A stretch of 64,000 nt of DNA from Octopus vulgaris (Eukaryota), in the NCBI GenBank assembly GCA_951406725.2, contig OX597819.1, positions 25,978,001 through 26,042,000 of the forward strand. Reading direction: 5' to 3'. Both the position numbers and the translations under genes were made by a program. This document shows, one piece after another, positions 15,547-29,797 of this stretch (the first letter of the stretch is position 1; every line of letters starts with the position of its first letter). Below the pieces are notes generated by a model. The model was not told the origin of the DNA. It saw only the letters and a list, made by a program, of their open reading frames with translations, and ran no database searches.

Positions 15547-16271
15547 ATGCGTGATGTGTGTGTGTGTGTGCGTGCGTGATGTGTGTGTGTGTATGTGTGT
15601 GCGTGTACAATAAATCTGGTAGTTGTTATACTGAAAATTTAAAACCACATCAGAATAAATAGATCTACATTGAACCTCCAGACACATGCTACTAAGTTGA
15701 TTCAATTTCTTTTTACTTTGCTATCTTTTAGTATTTATACAACCTCTTCACATCATTAAACTTATTTTTATTGACTTGAGAACCTCTCTCAGCTGGGTAT
15801 TCTTAGTAAGAAATTTAATGCAGCAACTTCTTTCTTGTGAAACAAGACACTGTAAGCTATTTGATATTTTATTAATCCCATTCATTTATTCAATTAAACA
15901 GTGTTTAATTTTATTCCCCACTTTCACTACATTTTCCATTGAGATATCAGCGTCTCGGCACTATCTCACTCTATTCACTAACCATATCGCAGCTGAACTC
16001 TGCTTCTAATTTCAACCTTAAATAACAGTTGGTTTGTTTGTTTTTTTTTTATCTTGAAAGTACAAGATATGATAATTCTGGAGTCACAAACACGCTAGTG
16101 CCAGTGCTGTTCAATCGCGCGTAATAAATTTGCATATCAGTCCCTGAAGTTGGGAAATAGCTATCATCAGATCTTTTGTCGAATGTCTGAATTAATTCAC
16201 ATGTGAGACTCAGAATCAACACACACACACGCACACACTCACACACACACACACACATACACACACACACA

Positions 16272-16304
<33 letters not shown>

Positions 16305-16431
16305 GCGCAAACACACACAAACACACACACACAAAACGCACGTGTATGTACAGAATTTTGTTACACTACCGAATGTCTCTCTCTCTCTCTCCCTTTCTTA
16401 GTTGTTTACCTATTTTAAAAAAAGAGTTGAA

Positions 16432-16824
16432 CGGCGCTGCTAACCAGCCACATGGTTCCGGGTTCAGTCCCACTGCGTGGCAACTTGGGCAAGTGTCTTC
16501 TGCTATAGCCCCGGGCCGACCAATGCCTTGTGACTGGAATTGGTAAACTGAAAGAAGCCTGTCGTATATATGTATATTTATAAATATATGTATGTGTGTG
16601 TGTATGTTTGTATGTCTGTGTTTGTCCCCCTGGCATTGCTTGACAACCGATGCTGGTGTGTTTATGTCCCCGTTACTTAGCGGTTCGGCAACAGACACCG
16701 ATAGAATAAGTACTGGGCTTACAAAGAATAAGTCCCGGCGTCGATTTGCTCGACTAAAGACGGTGCTCCAGCATGGCCGCAGTGAAATGACTGAAACAAG
16801 TAAAAGAGTAACAGACTAAAAGAG
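16432..16824 (+). mobile_element. SINE family A, near full length
   Basis: CACATGGTTCCGGGTTCAGTCCCACTGCGTGG, internal TA/TG tract, 3' tail TGACTGAAACAAGTAAAAGAGTAACAGACTAAAAGAG. Confidence 0.92.
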
Positions 16825-17507
16825 GGTTACTTGCGGAAGCTGATTAAAAAAAAACTGCTGTCTTGTATTTCATTTAATTATCTTAAGTTAATTAAGTATA
16901 TTTTACAGTCATTTGAAGCCGAAAATCGGTTACCTGATGTTTAGTCTAATTTATGAGTATTTTAATTTACATATAAGTGCTTTGTGTCACTTCCAACTTT
17001 TCGTCATTTTACGTATTTCATTGTATAAACACTCTGAATCACATTAACGCAGCTTTAAATTTTTCCTTAACCTAACCAATTTACAGTTTTCCATTTCTAA
17101 TTGATTCATAACTTGAAAAGAAACAAAAAAGAACAGCCTATCATAGTGTTAGCTTTCCTGAATCATCTAACTTTTGAGAACATAATTAGTTACATTGCTT
17201 CATTTATTTAACTGTAGATAATCTATAGCCGTTTCCTATAAACATTTTACTGTATCCGTTCTTGCTCTTATTTTACTGTTGCCTACACTATATGTATACA
17301 TGCAAAAGCGGAAGGACGTTTAATTAACTTTTTTGCTGAATTGTATCATAAACAAAAGAGACAACAAATTTGTCAAGATTCTTCTCTCATCTCATTCTTC
17401 TCTTCTTTTCTCTGTACCCTATCCTTTCTGTCTCTCGCTGTCTCTCTCACTCTGTTTCTCTGTCAGTTTGTCTGTCTTTCTGTCTGTCTGTCTGTTTGTC
17501 TGTCTAC

Positions 17508-17539
<32 letters not shown>

Positions 17540-17591
17540 ATATATATATTATATATACATATATATATATATATATATACATATATATGCA

Positions 17592-17784
17592 TGCGTGTGT
17601 ACCGTTGGCGATTTTTTTCTTCTGTCTTCCTTCTCTCGATCTTTCCTTCTCCTATGTTTCCGACGAAGAGCTCCGCTCGAAACGTTAAACCCTCCTTCTT
17701 TCCTTCTTTCCTGAGCGTCCAATAATACTATATTTGTTCCACGTCCTCACGTTGTGTTTTCTCTATGTGTTTTCCTGTTTGGAT

Positions 17785-17790
<6 letters not shown>
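17592..17790 (+). mobile_element. PLE-like pLTR fragment family D carrying a minimal hammerhead motif
   Basis: GTTT-CCGACGA-A-GAGC TCC GCTC-GAAAC-GTT-AAAC at 17656-17690. Ends TTGGATTAACTATATA. Homologous copies at 20270, 41125 and 51855. Confidence 0.75.
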
Positions 17791-17815
<25 letters not shown>

Positions 17816-17832
17816 GCATGTATGTATATATG

Positions 17833-17898
<66 letters not shown>

Positions 17899-20269
17899 TA
17901 TATGTATGTGTGTATGTGTGTATGGATACTAGTTACATTATTATGACTTCCATAACATACCTACTATATTTACGAAACTCACTGAAGCCATCTTGTCAAT
18001 TTTGTTGCCGCAGAAAAATATACTCTCGTTGATCTTATTTTATTATTCCAGGTCAGTTATGATGCGCAGATCTATAACTTAAAGACTTTCAAGCCGTGTC
18101 TCTCTTGTTCCTTTTGTATATCCCAAAATATATAGTCTAATTTATATTTGCTTCTTTTAAAGGTAAAACGTGTTTGGTGTATATTTGGTTGACATAACTG
18201 TCAGTTGGAACAATCATCTAAAGTTTTTATCGTATTCTTTTGCTCCAGAGTTCCGGTTTTGCTTTGATTTGTAGCAGAATGTTGTAACTCTATTGCTCTT
18301 TGTGAATAATTTTGACGTTAAGTTAAATGATTTTTAGAACGCAAATATCACTTCACCTTTTTGCGTAAATGAGTAAGCTTAAACAGCATCCCAAAGCTGT
18401 TGCGATTATCGCAAGACGAACTTAAAAATACTATAAACCAAGTAAATGATGACTTTGCATTTGCCTACAAAGGAAATTCGTAGTCCTTCGGTTTGAGATC
18501 GGCAATGTTTTCAGATAAAGTCAGATAAATTCTTTAGGATATTCTTTACTTGGCACTCCAACGCCATATATCTGAAATGTTAAATTTATTTAAATTTCAA
18601 AAGCTAATAAACTCGATGTTCTTATACAGCTACAGAAAATCATAAAACACAATAAAAATAATTTTCTGTTTATTCAAATAACAGTTGAAAGGACTGTCAT
18701 TATAAGAATTTTAAAAAAATATATATCCGACAACCCAAATAAAAATCTTCAGACGTTGACTAGAACCATTATTACTACAGTAGCTTTTGCCTTCCGTTAG
18801 TTAAGGATCACGTTCCAACCCGCAGCCCAACCTATTCACTGATCTCTTTTCTCCTTTCGTACTCCACATTCTGCAACTAAAGTTCAACTACCTTCGACAA
18901 TAGCATTCTCATGGGATTCTCCCAATGACCATTTTTCCAGCAACTATTATTGTCCAAATCTCATTTAATGAATACTATTCATGAACAGTATCAGAGAGCG
19001 TGCCCAAATATTTCTGCCAGCTCGCCGCCCTTAAATAAAGGGCAAATTACGAATGCCAAAAACGCGATTCAAATTGATTTTTCTACCCATAACAGCCACG
19101 AGATGCATGTGCATTTCGGAATTCATGACAACAGTTTGCAACTGCCACCCACAGCATTCAAGGCAGCTGCGTTTTGGCGTCTCGTTCCAGAGAAAGTTGG
19201 ATGACAACCTGCAATTTGGGTCTCAACCATGAACCAGCATGTCTTAGAATATTTACACATAGATCCCCGAAATAAACTTTCAGACTCTTGAAAATATCAC
19301 GTTTCTATTGCAATGTATATACCGTAGTATGTGAATTTGACTGTCTGTATGTGATATTCAGCATACTGCATAATAGTTATACTTGAGTAATATCTTATTT
19401 TGCAACGGTATATACTAAATACTCCCTAGGCATACATCTATTGAAATATTTGTTATAAGTTTTACTACTACAATTAAATATACAATTGATGTTAATTCTG
19501 AAAAGAAAATTCTCATTTTTCTTGTGGTAATATTGATTTTAGTAATTTTCTCTATTGAGTTAGTGTCTTTTCAAATAAAAAGCTCATATGTTTTTGTCGT
19601 AGAGTGAACTATTTTCAGTTTGAGGCGACATAAAGAAGCTGTTTAAGTAGCATACTGCACAAGTGATAATGTTTATCGCGTCTGTTGGTGTGAGCAAAAT
19701 TGAAATACACAAGCGTGACTTTAAATTGAGACTGCAAATAACAAAGTTTTATACATAACAACACTAAAACTAAAATTAAATTTTAATCAAAATATAAAAT
19801 ATATTTCATTAAGTTTTGTGTTTAGCAAATGGCAAGAAACCTATGTAAATTGACTTTCAAAGGGAATAGTGTGGCAATTTAGGGACTTCTTTTTGAATTT
19901 TATTATAAATTTTATTATTGTGCAAATATCTCATGTTTGAAGTAAAATATAGTGATGTCAATGTTTCTTCTGTTTGTAGTCCAAGTGGAATTTAAATTTG
20001 ATACATTTAATTAATATTGTTTTAATTAGAAATAAAGCACAACAAAATAATAATACGATTTTCAACAGAAACGAGTGATTATTAAAATGTAACATTGTTA
20101 AAACTGACATTGAAAAATTTCTTTACTCGTTTCTTCGAGTTCTGAGACTATAAATGATAGTACTGTGTTGTTTCTTTGAAGAACTAAATGTTGCTTAATG
20201 CTATTATATTCCCATTCAGAGACTCTTGTATAAAACTGTATAAAAATGTATGACATTTTATATATATAT

Positions 20270-20475
20270 ATAGTTAATCCAAACATGAAAACACAAAGAG
20301 AAAATACAACAACGCGAGGACTTGGAACAAATATAGTTATTGGATGCTCAGGAAGGAAAGAAAGAAGGAGGATTTAACGTTTCGAGCGAGCTCTTCGTCA
20401 GAAACTTAAGAAAAGGAAAGATCCAAAGAAGGGAAGACGGAGGAAAAGAATCGCCAACGGTACACACGCGGTCAT
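20270..20475 (-). mobile_element. PLE-like pLTR fragment family D with a canonical CUGACGA core
   Basis: Reverse complement of 20372-20405 reads GTTT-CTGACGA-A-GAGC TC GCTC-GAAAC-GTT-AAAT. Flanked by (TA)n and (CA)n. Confidence 0.75.
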
Positions 20476-20537
<62 letters not shown>

Positions 20538-20951
20538 TTATTCATGTATGTATGCATATATATGTATATATATATATATATATGCATACATAGTACATAA
20601 ATACACACACACACACACATATATATATATATTGATTTATGTATATATACCATCATGTTGAAAATAGCAGCCATGATCTTACTCTAAAACCACCTTAATT
20701 GTCCTTATGGCAAGCACGGAGAGAAAACAGACAAGATGAAGCTAGTAAGAAATTACTGGATAATTCTAGATCCCGGATTTCTAGATTTGCATTTAGGAAT
20801 GCTTTGCCTCGTCAGTAGAATACACACAGAAAAGAAACATAAATACATATATATATAAATACAACATACGAATACTTACATATACGAAAGTATACATACA
20901 TATATATGCACATATGCATCATGACCAGTTCAAAATGCCCGCCGTCTAATT

Positions 20952-20998
<47 letters not shown>

Positions 20999-22177
20999 GT
21001 TCAGCTCATTTATTTTATCATCAGCAAATAGTTTTTGAGTTTTAATATGTTTCGTGGGGATAATTTCATGTTATATAGTGTTTTGCAGAATGCCGCATTT
21101 TAATAAATGAACAAACAAAATAGATTCTTAAAATTGGATTACAAAATAACTTTAGAGAAAATAAAGGCAACCACGCGCATAAAAGTTATGAGTTATGGGG
21201 CATAAGAAAGTCAGACCAAAACTATCTGTAATTTATGAGAAACCAATGAAAAAAAATCGTGCCCTGTTAGAGTTGTATCTAGATAACAATATGATCCAAT
21301 GCCTCGTTTTAATTCCAGAGAGCGTGTGTATTTATTTGAGAGATGTTTAGATGTTATTTCCAGAAGAAGAGGCGAGGGCGTAAGAGAATCTCTCGTTGGA
21401 TCCCGGAAGAGGAGTAGTTTCGGACAGGAAACCTTAACTGGCATGTGGCAGAGTCCACGCAGATTTTTCAGAAAATACCTTTCGTGTAAAATACCCTTTT
21501 CCTTTAAAATTGGCACTTGATAAATATTTAGAATGAGTTGGGATATAACCGATTGAATTGAATATCAAAACATAGCCGATTTTATCAAGTCAGACTCGGG
21601 TATATGTCTATGTTTCTTTGTGTTTATCCGCAAAAACCACTTGACGACCGACGTTGTTTTGTTGACGTTCCCATCACTTAGTGGTTCGGAACAATAAGTC
21701 GATATATTATACATAAAATTTCAAAATATATAGTGTCCAATTATTCTACTAAGCTGTGTAAGGCAGTATTGTATTATGGCCAAACTGCAATGAACGAATG
21801 AAGCGGCTCTATCAATAGAAGAGAAAACCTACTGGAAGATCTTCACACTGAGCTTAAACATAGATTACTACTTCTGCTCTTTAGAAATTAATTTCCAGCC
21901 TGGATGTGCTTCGAAATATAAATACAATACGTGAATGAAAGAACATATTGAAATCTGAGCGACTTCTTACACTTCATGTCTGTCTGATGAATGACAACCG
22001 TTCTCACAGTATCGTATGAGTTCGCAACTTAATTGAAAACGATCAATTTAATTGGAACGTCTATATTGATGGTACATAGATTATTGCACGTAATAAGACA
22101 GGAGGTTGTTTAAACGATATCACCTGGTGGTTATATATGTATATTTATGTCTGAATGTACTCATATATCTATATCAA

Positions 22178-22256
<79 letters not shown>

Positions 22257-22259
22257 ATA

Positions 22260-22291
<32 letters not shown>

Positions 22292-22335
22292 CACATACAT
22301 ACATACATACATAAATACATACATACATACATACA
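22178..22335. repeat. (CTAT)n/(CT)n/(TA)n/(CATA)n compound microsatellite
   Basis: Seen directly. Confidence 0.95.
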
Positions 22336-23943
22336 TAATACTTATACATATGCATGTGTGGGTAGGGTGTCAGTGTATGTGTATGCGTGTGTATATATTT
22401 CGATATCGATGTCTGCGGGTATGCCTATGTTAGGTATGTGTAAGTCTAAACTTTAATTCTGAATTTAAATTCCATGATGTCATATATCATAGTTGTTCAC
22501 TAATCCTGTTATTAGTCTATTGATGCTAAGATGTCATTTTTATTAGTATGTGTAGGCGCGCAACGTATTACTGACTGAATCTTTAATTAATTCTTGAAGT
22601 CATTGTTCTTTGATAACAATCAAATTTACATAGACCGAGAAAAATAATTTATAGAAAATGCAACGAATTTTTGACGAATATTTATATATCTTACATTGGA
22701 AATTTGATTTCGAATTTCTAGAATAAATATTTTGGATGTTGGTAGCTGTTTAATTGACAAAACATATTTATATATGTTATGTGGTGCTTTAACTAGTTGT
22801 AGTAATTTTGTTATTGTCAAACCTATTCCACAGTCTATATTCTGATGTCACATAAGTAAAATCTGAAGTGGGAGATATTATTTACATGTGAATTAAAACA
22901 GAGCAATCAAGAATCATATTATAAATGGATGTCATAATTATGAGGTTATAACTGGAATACTTTCGATTTGATATCTGAACGCTCTGTCATATGAAAAAAT
23001 GAATATATCTTCAAGGTTAAGTTGTCTTTACTTGTAACATTTGGTTTGAAGGTTAATGTATGGTCCAGGATTCTCTAAAGGGTGTCTGAGGCCTGGATGC
23101 TAGGTCTGAATATTTTTAATAGAATGAAATCTGCTAAAGGAGCCATAGTGCGGCAGGTAATGACGTTATACCGAGTGCACGTTTAAATACTCAGTCTAAG
23201 TTGGCAATTAGCGGATTTGAACTCAGACAACAAAGAACCAGGTCAAATACTGCAAGGCAACTCACGTTCTTACAGTCCTGTCTGTTGACCGCTCTGGATT
23301 GGTAGTATTTTGTTGATCTCAAAAAGAATGACAGGTCAAAAAAATACGACGATCTAAAGACTTTGCCAGATTTCCACTCTAAAACGATTAGCATAAACAT
23401 AATACGCGAACAAAGAATATTATTGCTTTCTTTACATAAACCAATATGTAAAATGTATTTCCAGTGTGTACGTGTACTTCAGTAAATTAGTCCTTCTTGG
23501 AGACAGTCTTATTTTAATCAGAAGAAGAGCAGTAGCTCCCCAGCTCTTCCTTAACACAGGGGGAATTGTGTTTAGACTGGATAATGTATTTGTATTCATT
23601 ACAGGTGTGGCGGCATATATATGTTTGTTTAGTTTTCTATTTAATCTAAAATGTGTAGCATTTGAAAATAACCCCTTAAGCATTATCATGCTATAGATCA
23701 GAGAAATATAATCTGTGAAAGTTGATCTAAACCTGGATACTAATAATCTTGAGTTTGTATGGGAGCGATAATCTATGAATTGTCTGCAATTGTACGGAAG
23801 ATTTGTTCTTAGGATAGTATCGGGATTTTGTTTAAATCGATAAGGCAATATAATGGAATGTTACACTGATACAGGGTTACTTTGAAATATATATATAAGT
23901 TATATAAATGTTGGACTCTTTCTTTCAATGCATAACCATCTTT

Positions 23944-24095
23944 ATGGCTGTGTGGTAAGGATCTGGATTCCCAACCACATAGTTAAGGTCCAGTCCCACT
24001 TCGTAGCAACTTGGGCAAGTATCTTCTACTAAGGTTTCGGACCAACCAAGGCTTTGTGAGTAGATTTTGTATAAGGACACTGAAAGACGCCCGTC

Positions 24096-24144
<49 letters not shown>

Positions 24145-24425
24145 TAGATAGATAGATAGATAGATATCTCCCACTTCAGATTTTACTTAGCTAGATAGAT
24201 AGATAGATAAATACACGTGTGTGTGCGTGTGCGTGTATGTGTATTTGTGCCCGTGTTTGTCCCGCACCACCGCCTGACAGCCAGTGTTGGTGTGCCTACG
24301 TCCCGTAACTTAACGGTTCAGCAAAAGAGAACGCTATGATAAGTACTAGGCTTTCAAAAAATAAGTCCTGAGGTGACTTTTTTTACGACTACAATCCTTC
24401 ATGGCTGCACTCGACAGAAATGACT
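23944..24425 (+). mobile_element. SINE family A, diverged
   Basis: ATGGCTGTGTGGTAAG...CCCGTCGTATATA...TAAGTACTAGGCTT...AATGACTAAAACAACTAAGAGATAAAG. Confidence 0.85.
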
Positions 24426-24813
24426 AAAACAACTAAGAGATAAAGCAAAATAGCAAAATACTAAAACTTCATTTATATAATTTGAATGGGATCAAGTAAA
24501 AAAATATGCTGGCTAATTAAAAGGTTGTGATTAGCGTTTCATCATAAAAAATATATAATTAGAAATGAATATTTGCTATATATATGGGGGTTTGGCATTA
24601 AACAAAGGTTACAAGTTTTTCCACATTTTCCTGTGGCTGTTATTTAGAGCATGTGAGACAAAGTAGATAATAGAGACGAAATAATTTTAATTAAAAAGAA
24701 ACTAACATAAATCTTTGAGCGAAATCATATGATGCTAGTGTATTATATGTATGTGCTATGAAAGTAAGGTTTGTCTGGTCACAAATAGTTTCTATGTTGT
24801 TTGAACGTATATG

Positions 24814-25270
24814 CTCTTTGCTCTTTTGCTCTTTTGCTTGTTTCAGTCATTTGACTGCTGGAGCACCGCATTTAGTCGAGCAAATCGACCTCGGGACTTA
24901 TTCTTTGTAAGCCTAGTACTTATTCTATCGGTCTCTTCGGCCGAACCGCTTAGTAACGGGGACATAAACACACCAGCATCGGTTGTCAAGCAATGCTATG
25001 GGGACGAACACAGACACACAAACACACACACACACACATATATATATATGATTAACCCTCGCCAAGTTAAATATTTAAACCACCTGATGAATGACTGTAA
25101 CTCGAAAATTTAAAGAAATTAACAGCCATGAAACGATCGTAGTGTTATATTAATTATATTTTTTTAATAATTTTGCTATATAATTAAATAATATAAATAA
25201 AATAATCTTATGTATTGGCTTAAGTTTTTCATTGTATAATTTGCCTAATAGTGGTTTTATCTTTAATTTA

Positions 25271-25338
<68 letters not shown>

Positions 25339-25510
25339 CATATATACGACGGGCTTCTTTCAGTTTCCATCGGCCAAATCCACTCACAAGGCTTTGGTCG
25401 GCCCGAGGCTATAGTAAAAGGCACTTGCCCAAGATGCCACGCAGTGGGACTGAAGCCGGAACCATGTGGTTCGTAAGCAAGCTACTTACCACACAGCCAC
25501 TCCTGCGCCT
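24814..25510 (-). mobile_element. SINE family A interrupted in its internal (TA)n by a PLE-like insert
   Basis: 3' half at 24814-25050 and 5' half at 25276-25510 both match family A. An unrelated ~225-bp segment lies between the TA tracts. Confidence 0.9.
25075..25146 (+). ncRNA. Type I hammerhead ribozyme motif with a canonical core
   Basis: CAC-CTGATGA(25084-25090)-ATGACTGT...ACAGCCAT-GAAAC-GATC-GTA-GTG: stem II 7/8 pairs, palindromic stem/loop III ACGATCGT, GUA triplet, stem I CAC/GTG. Confidence 0.7.
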
Positions 25511-26827
25511 ATCGTCACTTTTTTTTAATATTAATAATACAATAAGAGAATATCACATTATTTATCAGATAAATTTAAAAGAATGTTTTAAACAGTTCCA
25601 TTTGAAAGTAAACGATATTGATAAATAATTGTTTATAAAATAACAAACAAAATATGTACAAAAACCGTCAGTTCTTATATGAAATGAAGCATGGAGAAAT
25701 TATAATTGATAGAAAGTACAAAACTGTTACGCTATACTACAATATTAAAGCGTATTTGCAGTTCAGTGATTACATTAGCTAAAATATTGAACAATAATAA
25801 ATTAACAATACTTTGATTAATATGACTCAGTACTATCGCTTGACTAATTTAATGAAAGCATTAGAACCGTTTCCTTAGAAATTCTGTCCAAATAAAAATA
25901 TTTCTCAGAACAACTTAAAAAATGAATGTCACCCACTATTGATGTTGAAATTAATTTAGGACTGTTATTTAGTAGACTATTGGCATTTGATTCGAATAAC
26001 TTATTTTTTTAACATCAAAATCTACGAACAAAATAACTGCATCAAATTCATTATTTCCAGTTGGTTGTATTGGTGGTAGTAGCGGTAGTAGTGGTAATGC
26101 CAGTATATAAATATTGTCAAGTTACTTCTCGTTTTTCTTTGACAAGAATACATCTGTATGAATACTACTAATATGTCAGGTGTCTATGCGAGAAGAGAAT
26201 AAAACAAATGTATTTCTCAGATGAGTGCTATAGGATATGAAACAACTATATTTTTATTGAGTTGAATATATCCTCAAAATGAATGCCACATGAAAAGTTT
26301 ATTTTTAAAAACTGTAATCAATAATCTCAGATTCAGATAATCTACATGTGATATCTAGATAAGAAAAACATGATAATTCTTTTATAAGTAGATGGAGTTT
26401 TAAAAAGTGAGGTTGCAAAGGTATAACACAACGGTATCTTAATTTTCAAATCAAAGAAATATCTTATATTTATTTCACTCTTTATGTTTATTTGAATATT
26501 TCGAATTTAAATTTTCTATAGTAACTGATGCATTCAATTGATAAGAAACGTTGTGTGAGAATATTAACAGAATCACCTTCATCCTCTTTGATGAAGTTTT
26601 GACATGTTAATGCTAATGAAATAGCATATGGAAATTATATTTATTCTGATATATATGATTTATGCCTAAATGTCTGGAGATATAGTTCTCTGTGTAGAAG
26701 CATATTTACTGAGTATGGGTGTTAGTCTGCTTGTCTTCCGGTGAGTCTTCAGGCATCTTATTTGTAACCACACATACACACACACACACATATACATATA
26801 TAGAGAGACAGAAAGACATACGTAGAT

Positions 26828-26880
<53 letters not shown>

Positions 26881-26934
26881 CACATACACACACATGTATG
26901 TGTATATATAACAATTGATGGATAGTGTATCAAA

Positions 26935-27018
26935 TCACGACAGCTGTTTCCAACGAATTTTTAATTGATTAATGGAGATATTACATCATTAGATAAAAAA
27001 TACGTTTTCATCAGGTAA
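26935..27018 (-). ncRNA. Type I hammerhead ribozyme motif with long stem II and GUC triplet
   Basis: Minus strand TTAC-CTGATGA-A-AACGTATTTTT...AAAAATTCGTT-G-GAAAC-AGCT-GTC-GTGA, with palindromic ACAGCTGT. Lies about 25 bp from a TA tract. The first stem II pair is mismatched. Confidence 0.65.
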
Positions 27019-27669
27019 AAAAAAAATCCTGGACCACAACATTTAGAAACATTCGAAATTAACGGCATATGCACTTTCATGACTCTACGAGCCTTCATGG
27101 TCGTAGAATCAATTTGTCACTTCAGATGAGTAGTATTATAACAGAAAACAACGTGATGTCATGTGTGGGTAGGGAGCTACCTATTATTTATATCATTGAT
27201 GGAGGTTAGAGGACTGGGTATTGAAGGATCGAACGACGATGTATCTCGTTCCTGCAAATAAGACAGAGTTAGTTCCGCTTATCGTTTAATTGAATTGAAC
27301 AAGAGTTTTAGGGTTAAATGTAAAATATAAGGTTACCCAGTTATTTACATATTTACTTATTCAATAGACTTTTATCTACCCTCTTTATTGTCAGAATAAT
27401 ATCTGATAGCGACACAAAGTCTAAGATTCTACAATGGGTGGGGGGATAATAGTGGTCATCCTATCAATAAATAGATAAATAAAAGACGTTTACACACAAG
27501 AAAGAGCGTACAATGAAAAAAAGAAAGAAAGAAATATAGTAAGAGAAAGAGTATAAAAACAATTATAATGAAAATAAGGGGATTATACAACAAGTTATAA
27601 TAAAAACAACGGGGTTACAATAAAAGAATATAGATAACAATGAAACTGTAATTGGTAGATAGCGACTTT

Positions 27670-27770
27670 GTAAATATCATAGGATTTATAAAGATAAACC
27701 AGTTGTAAATAATATAGGAATTATAAAGATAAAATAGTCGTAAATAATATCATGGGAATTATAAATATAA
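27670..27770. repeat. ~35-bp AT-rich minisatellite, about 3 degenerate units
   Basis: GTAAATA(A)TAT..GGAATTATAAAGATAAA repeated. Confidence 0.6.
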
Positions 27771-29674
27771 TGTACAATAGCACTTTCACTCATTATTTCC
27801 TCTTTTGAAACTGTCAAATAATATTCAAGTCAATTTAGCTGTTATTTCTAAAAGGTAATGCTCTATTTTGAAGGTTCACTATATTTAAATGACGAAGATA
27901 AACTGTTTAAAACGTGATATAAATTTCAATAAGTGGCACATATTGGTGAATGGCGTAAAAGTATAGATTTTCATATAGGATTATGTATTATAAATATAAG
28001 TTACTAAATCATAGCCTTTAGGCCGTTATGTGACAATGTTTTTAAATAAAACCAAATTATTTAGTTGAATGAAGTACATTATATTACAATGAAACGATGT
28101 GTATATTAGAAAGCAAATAAATGATAATATAATATTTATACACAATGATAAAGCATCAGATTGCCGACACGTGTGAGTACATTATATTGTATGATATAGG
28201 TTTGCACACAAAAAGATAATTAAATTCATCTGGATATTCTCAAGAGTTTATAGTTTCAATCATAGTGAATGATTATTTTTTTCTCTCAAACAATAAATTA
28301 TGTGTCTAGTTTACTCTTTCTATAGCAACTGTGTTGTAATTGTTTTGAATTCTCTCAGGGAAATTAGTTAATAAATTGTAATTTTCGCTTGTTTCGTACA
28401 GGTACACAGCCTGTATATGTTACGATGTTTATGACGTTTGTTCATATTGTAACACTATTTTGCAGCGTAAATAGTTTCTAATATATTCAACTGGCAAGTT
28501 GTGGGTTGAAGGGAACCCCGTAGTTAGATGTGTATACTGGCAAAATTTGTGTGTGTGTATGTGTATGAGATTGTATGCATGTGGTTTATATTTGACCAGC
28601 AAAAACATATGCTTCCGCACGATGATAGTGAGATCATTAACTAATAAAGTTATCTATTTTAAACTTTTGAGTAAAATCAGAGATCGATATGAATATAGTG
28701 GAGTCGAATAACTGGGTCTTATGGAGAGAAAGTCCAACATCATTCCTCAAAGGTTTTCAACTGAGAATTGTAAATGTATTTTTGTTGCATTATGATGGTA
28801 TAATTGTTTAATGTCGAAGAAAGCATTAAGTAATTGCATTTGAAATCTAATTTAATCTTTGTGTCCAAAGCAGTTTATTATTTACAGTCTTTAAGTAACT
28901 CTTGTTTCATAAGTTCTGAATATTACAAAACTTTCCTTTGGTGGTTAAAAACATAGCGACCAGGGAAACATATTCTGCGTTGCACATGTGATACAAAGGT
29001 AAGGCAAGGGGTTAAGGCTTCTTTATTAAAATTAATTTAGATATTTACATACTGCTGTCATAAGAAGTATATAACTAAGGACTGAATTGTCAAGGATAGA
29101 CGACTTAAGAAGTTTCCTCGAAGTCTGTTTCACTAAAAGTGTCAGGTTTGTTGTTACAAACAATAAAATACTGTTAAAATGTTTTTCTTTTATTATTTCT
29201 CCTCTGAGATTTTCTATGGTACAAGAAAAACATTTACCAACCGCATAAAAAAAAACTACAATTAAATAAAACTATTATCTTAAGTTTCGTCTATCTCAGT
29301 CTATAGAATAACATAAACGAGAGGCGGCAGAATGGTTAGAATGTTGGATGGAAAGTCTTTGGAGTTTCTTCCAAATCCCTATGCACTTCTTTCAAATCCT
29401 TCCGAAATAAATTTAAGCTTTTCTGTTTCATTTATCTAATTTCTAACCTCAACACATTTGTCGACAATGGTATCAATTTAACCCATTCGTTGAATAAATT
29501 AATGGTGGCGTGGTAAGCAGAGACTTCCACCAACAGCCGCCAAACTTTCTTCAATAAATCTTGTCCCTAGTCCCGTAGTTACATATTGAACAATGCATAA
29601 TATATATGTGAGTGTAGTGATACGTATCATAAGTAATCCGACAATAAATAAGGTAATATGTTCTTCCTATATTA

Positions 29675-29797
29675 GTTTCAAATTTTGGCACAAAGCCAGC
29701 AAGATCTGAGAATGGAGTAAGTCAAATATATCGACCCCACTGCTGAGCTTCTACGTATTTCATTAAACCCCAAAGAATGAAAGCCAAAGTCAACCTC
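29675..29797 (-). mobile_element. Degraded SINE family B fragment
   Basis: TTTCAAATTTTGGCACAAAGCCAGC...TCGACCCCACTG...AAGAATGAAAGCCAAAGTCAACCTC. Confidence 0.7.

Noticed and set aside
23432-23848. 138-aa non-repetitive minus-strand ORF
   Set aside because: Non-ATG start, no recognisable motif and no clear splice signals; probably chance or decayed TE.
26715-26760. CTGAAGA on the minus strand next to a microsatellite as another HHR
   Set aside because: No stem II closure followed by GAAA could be built.
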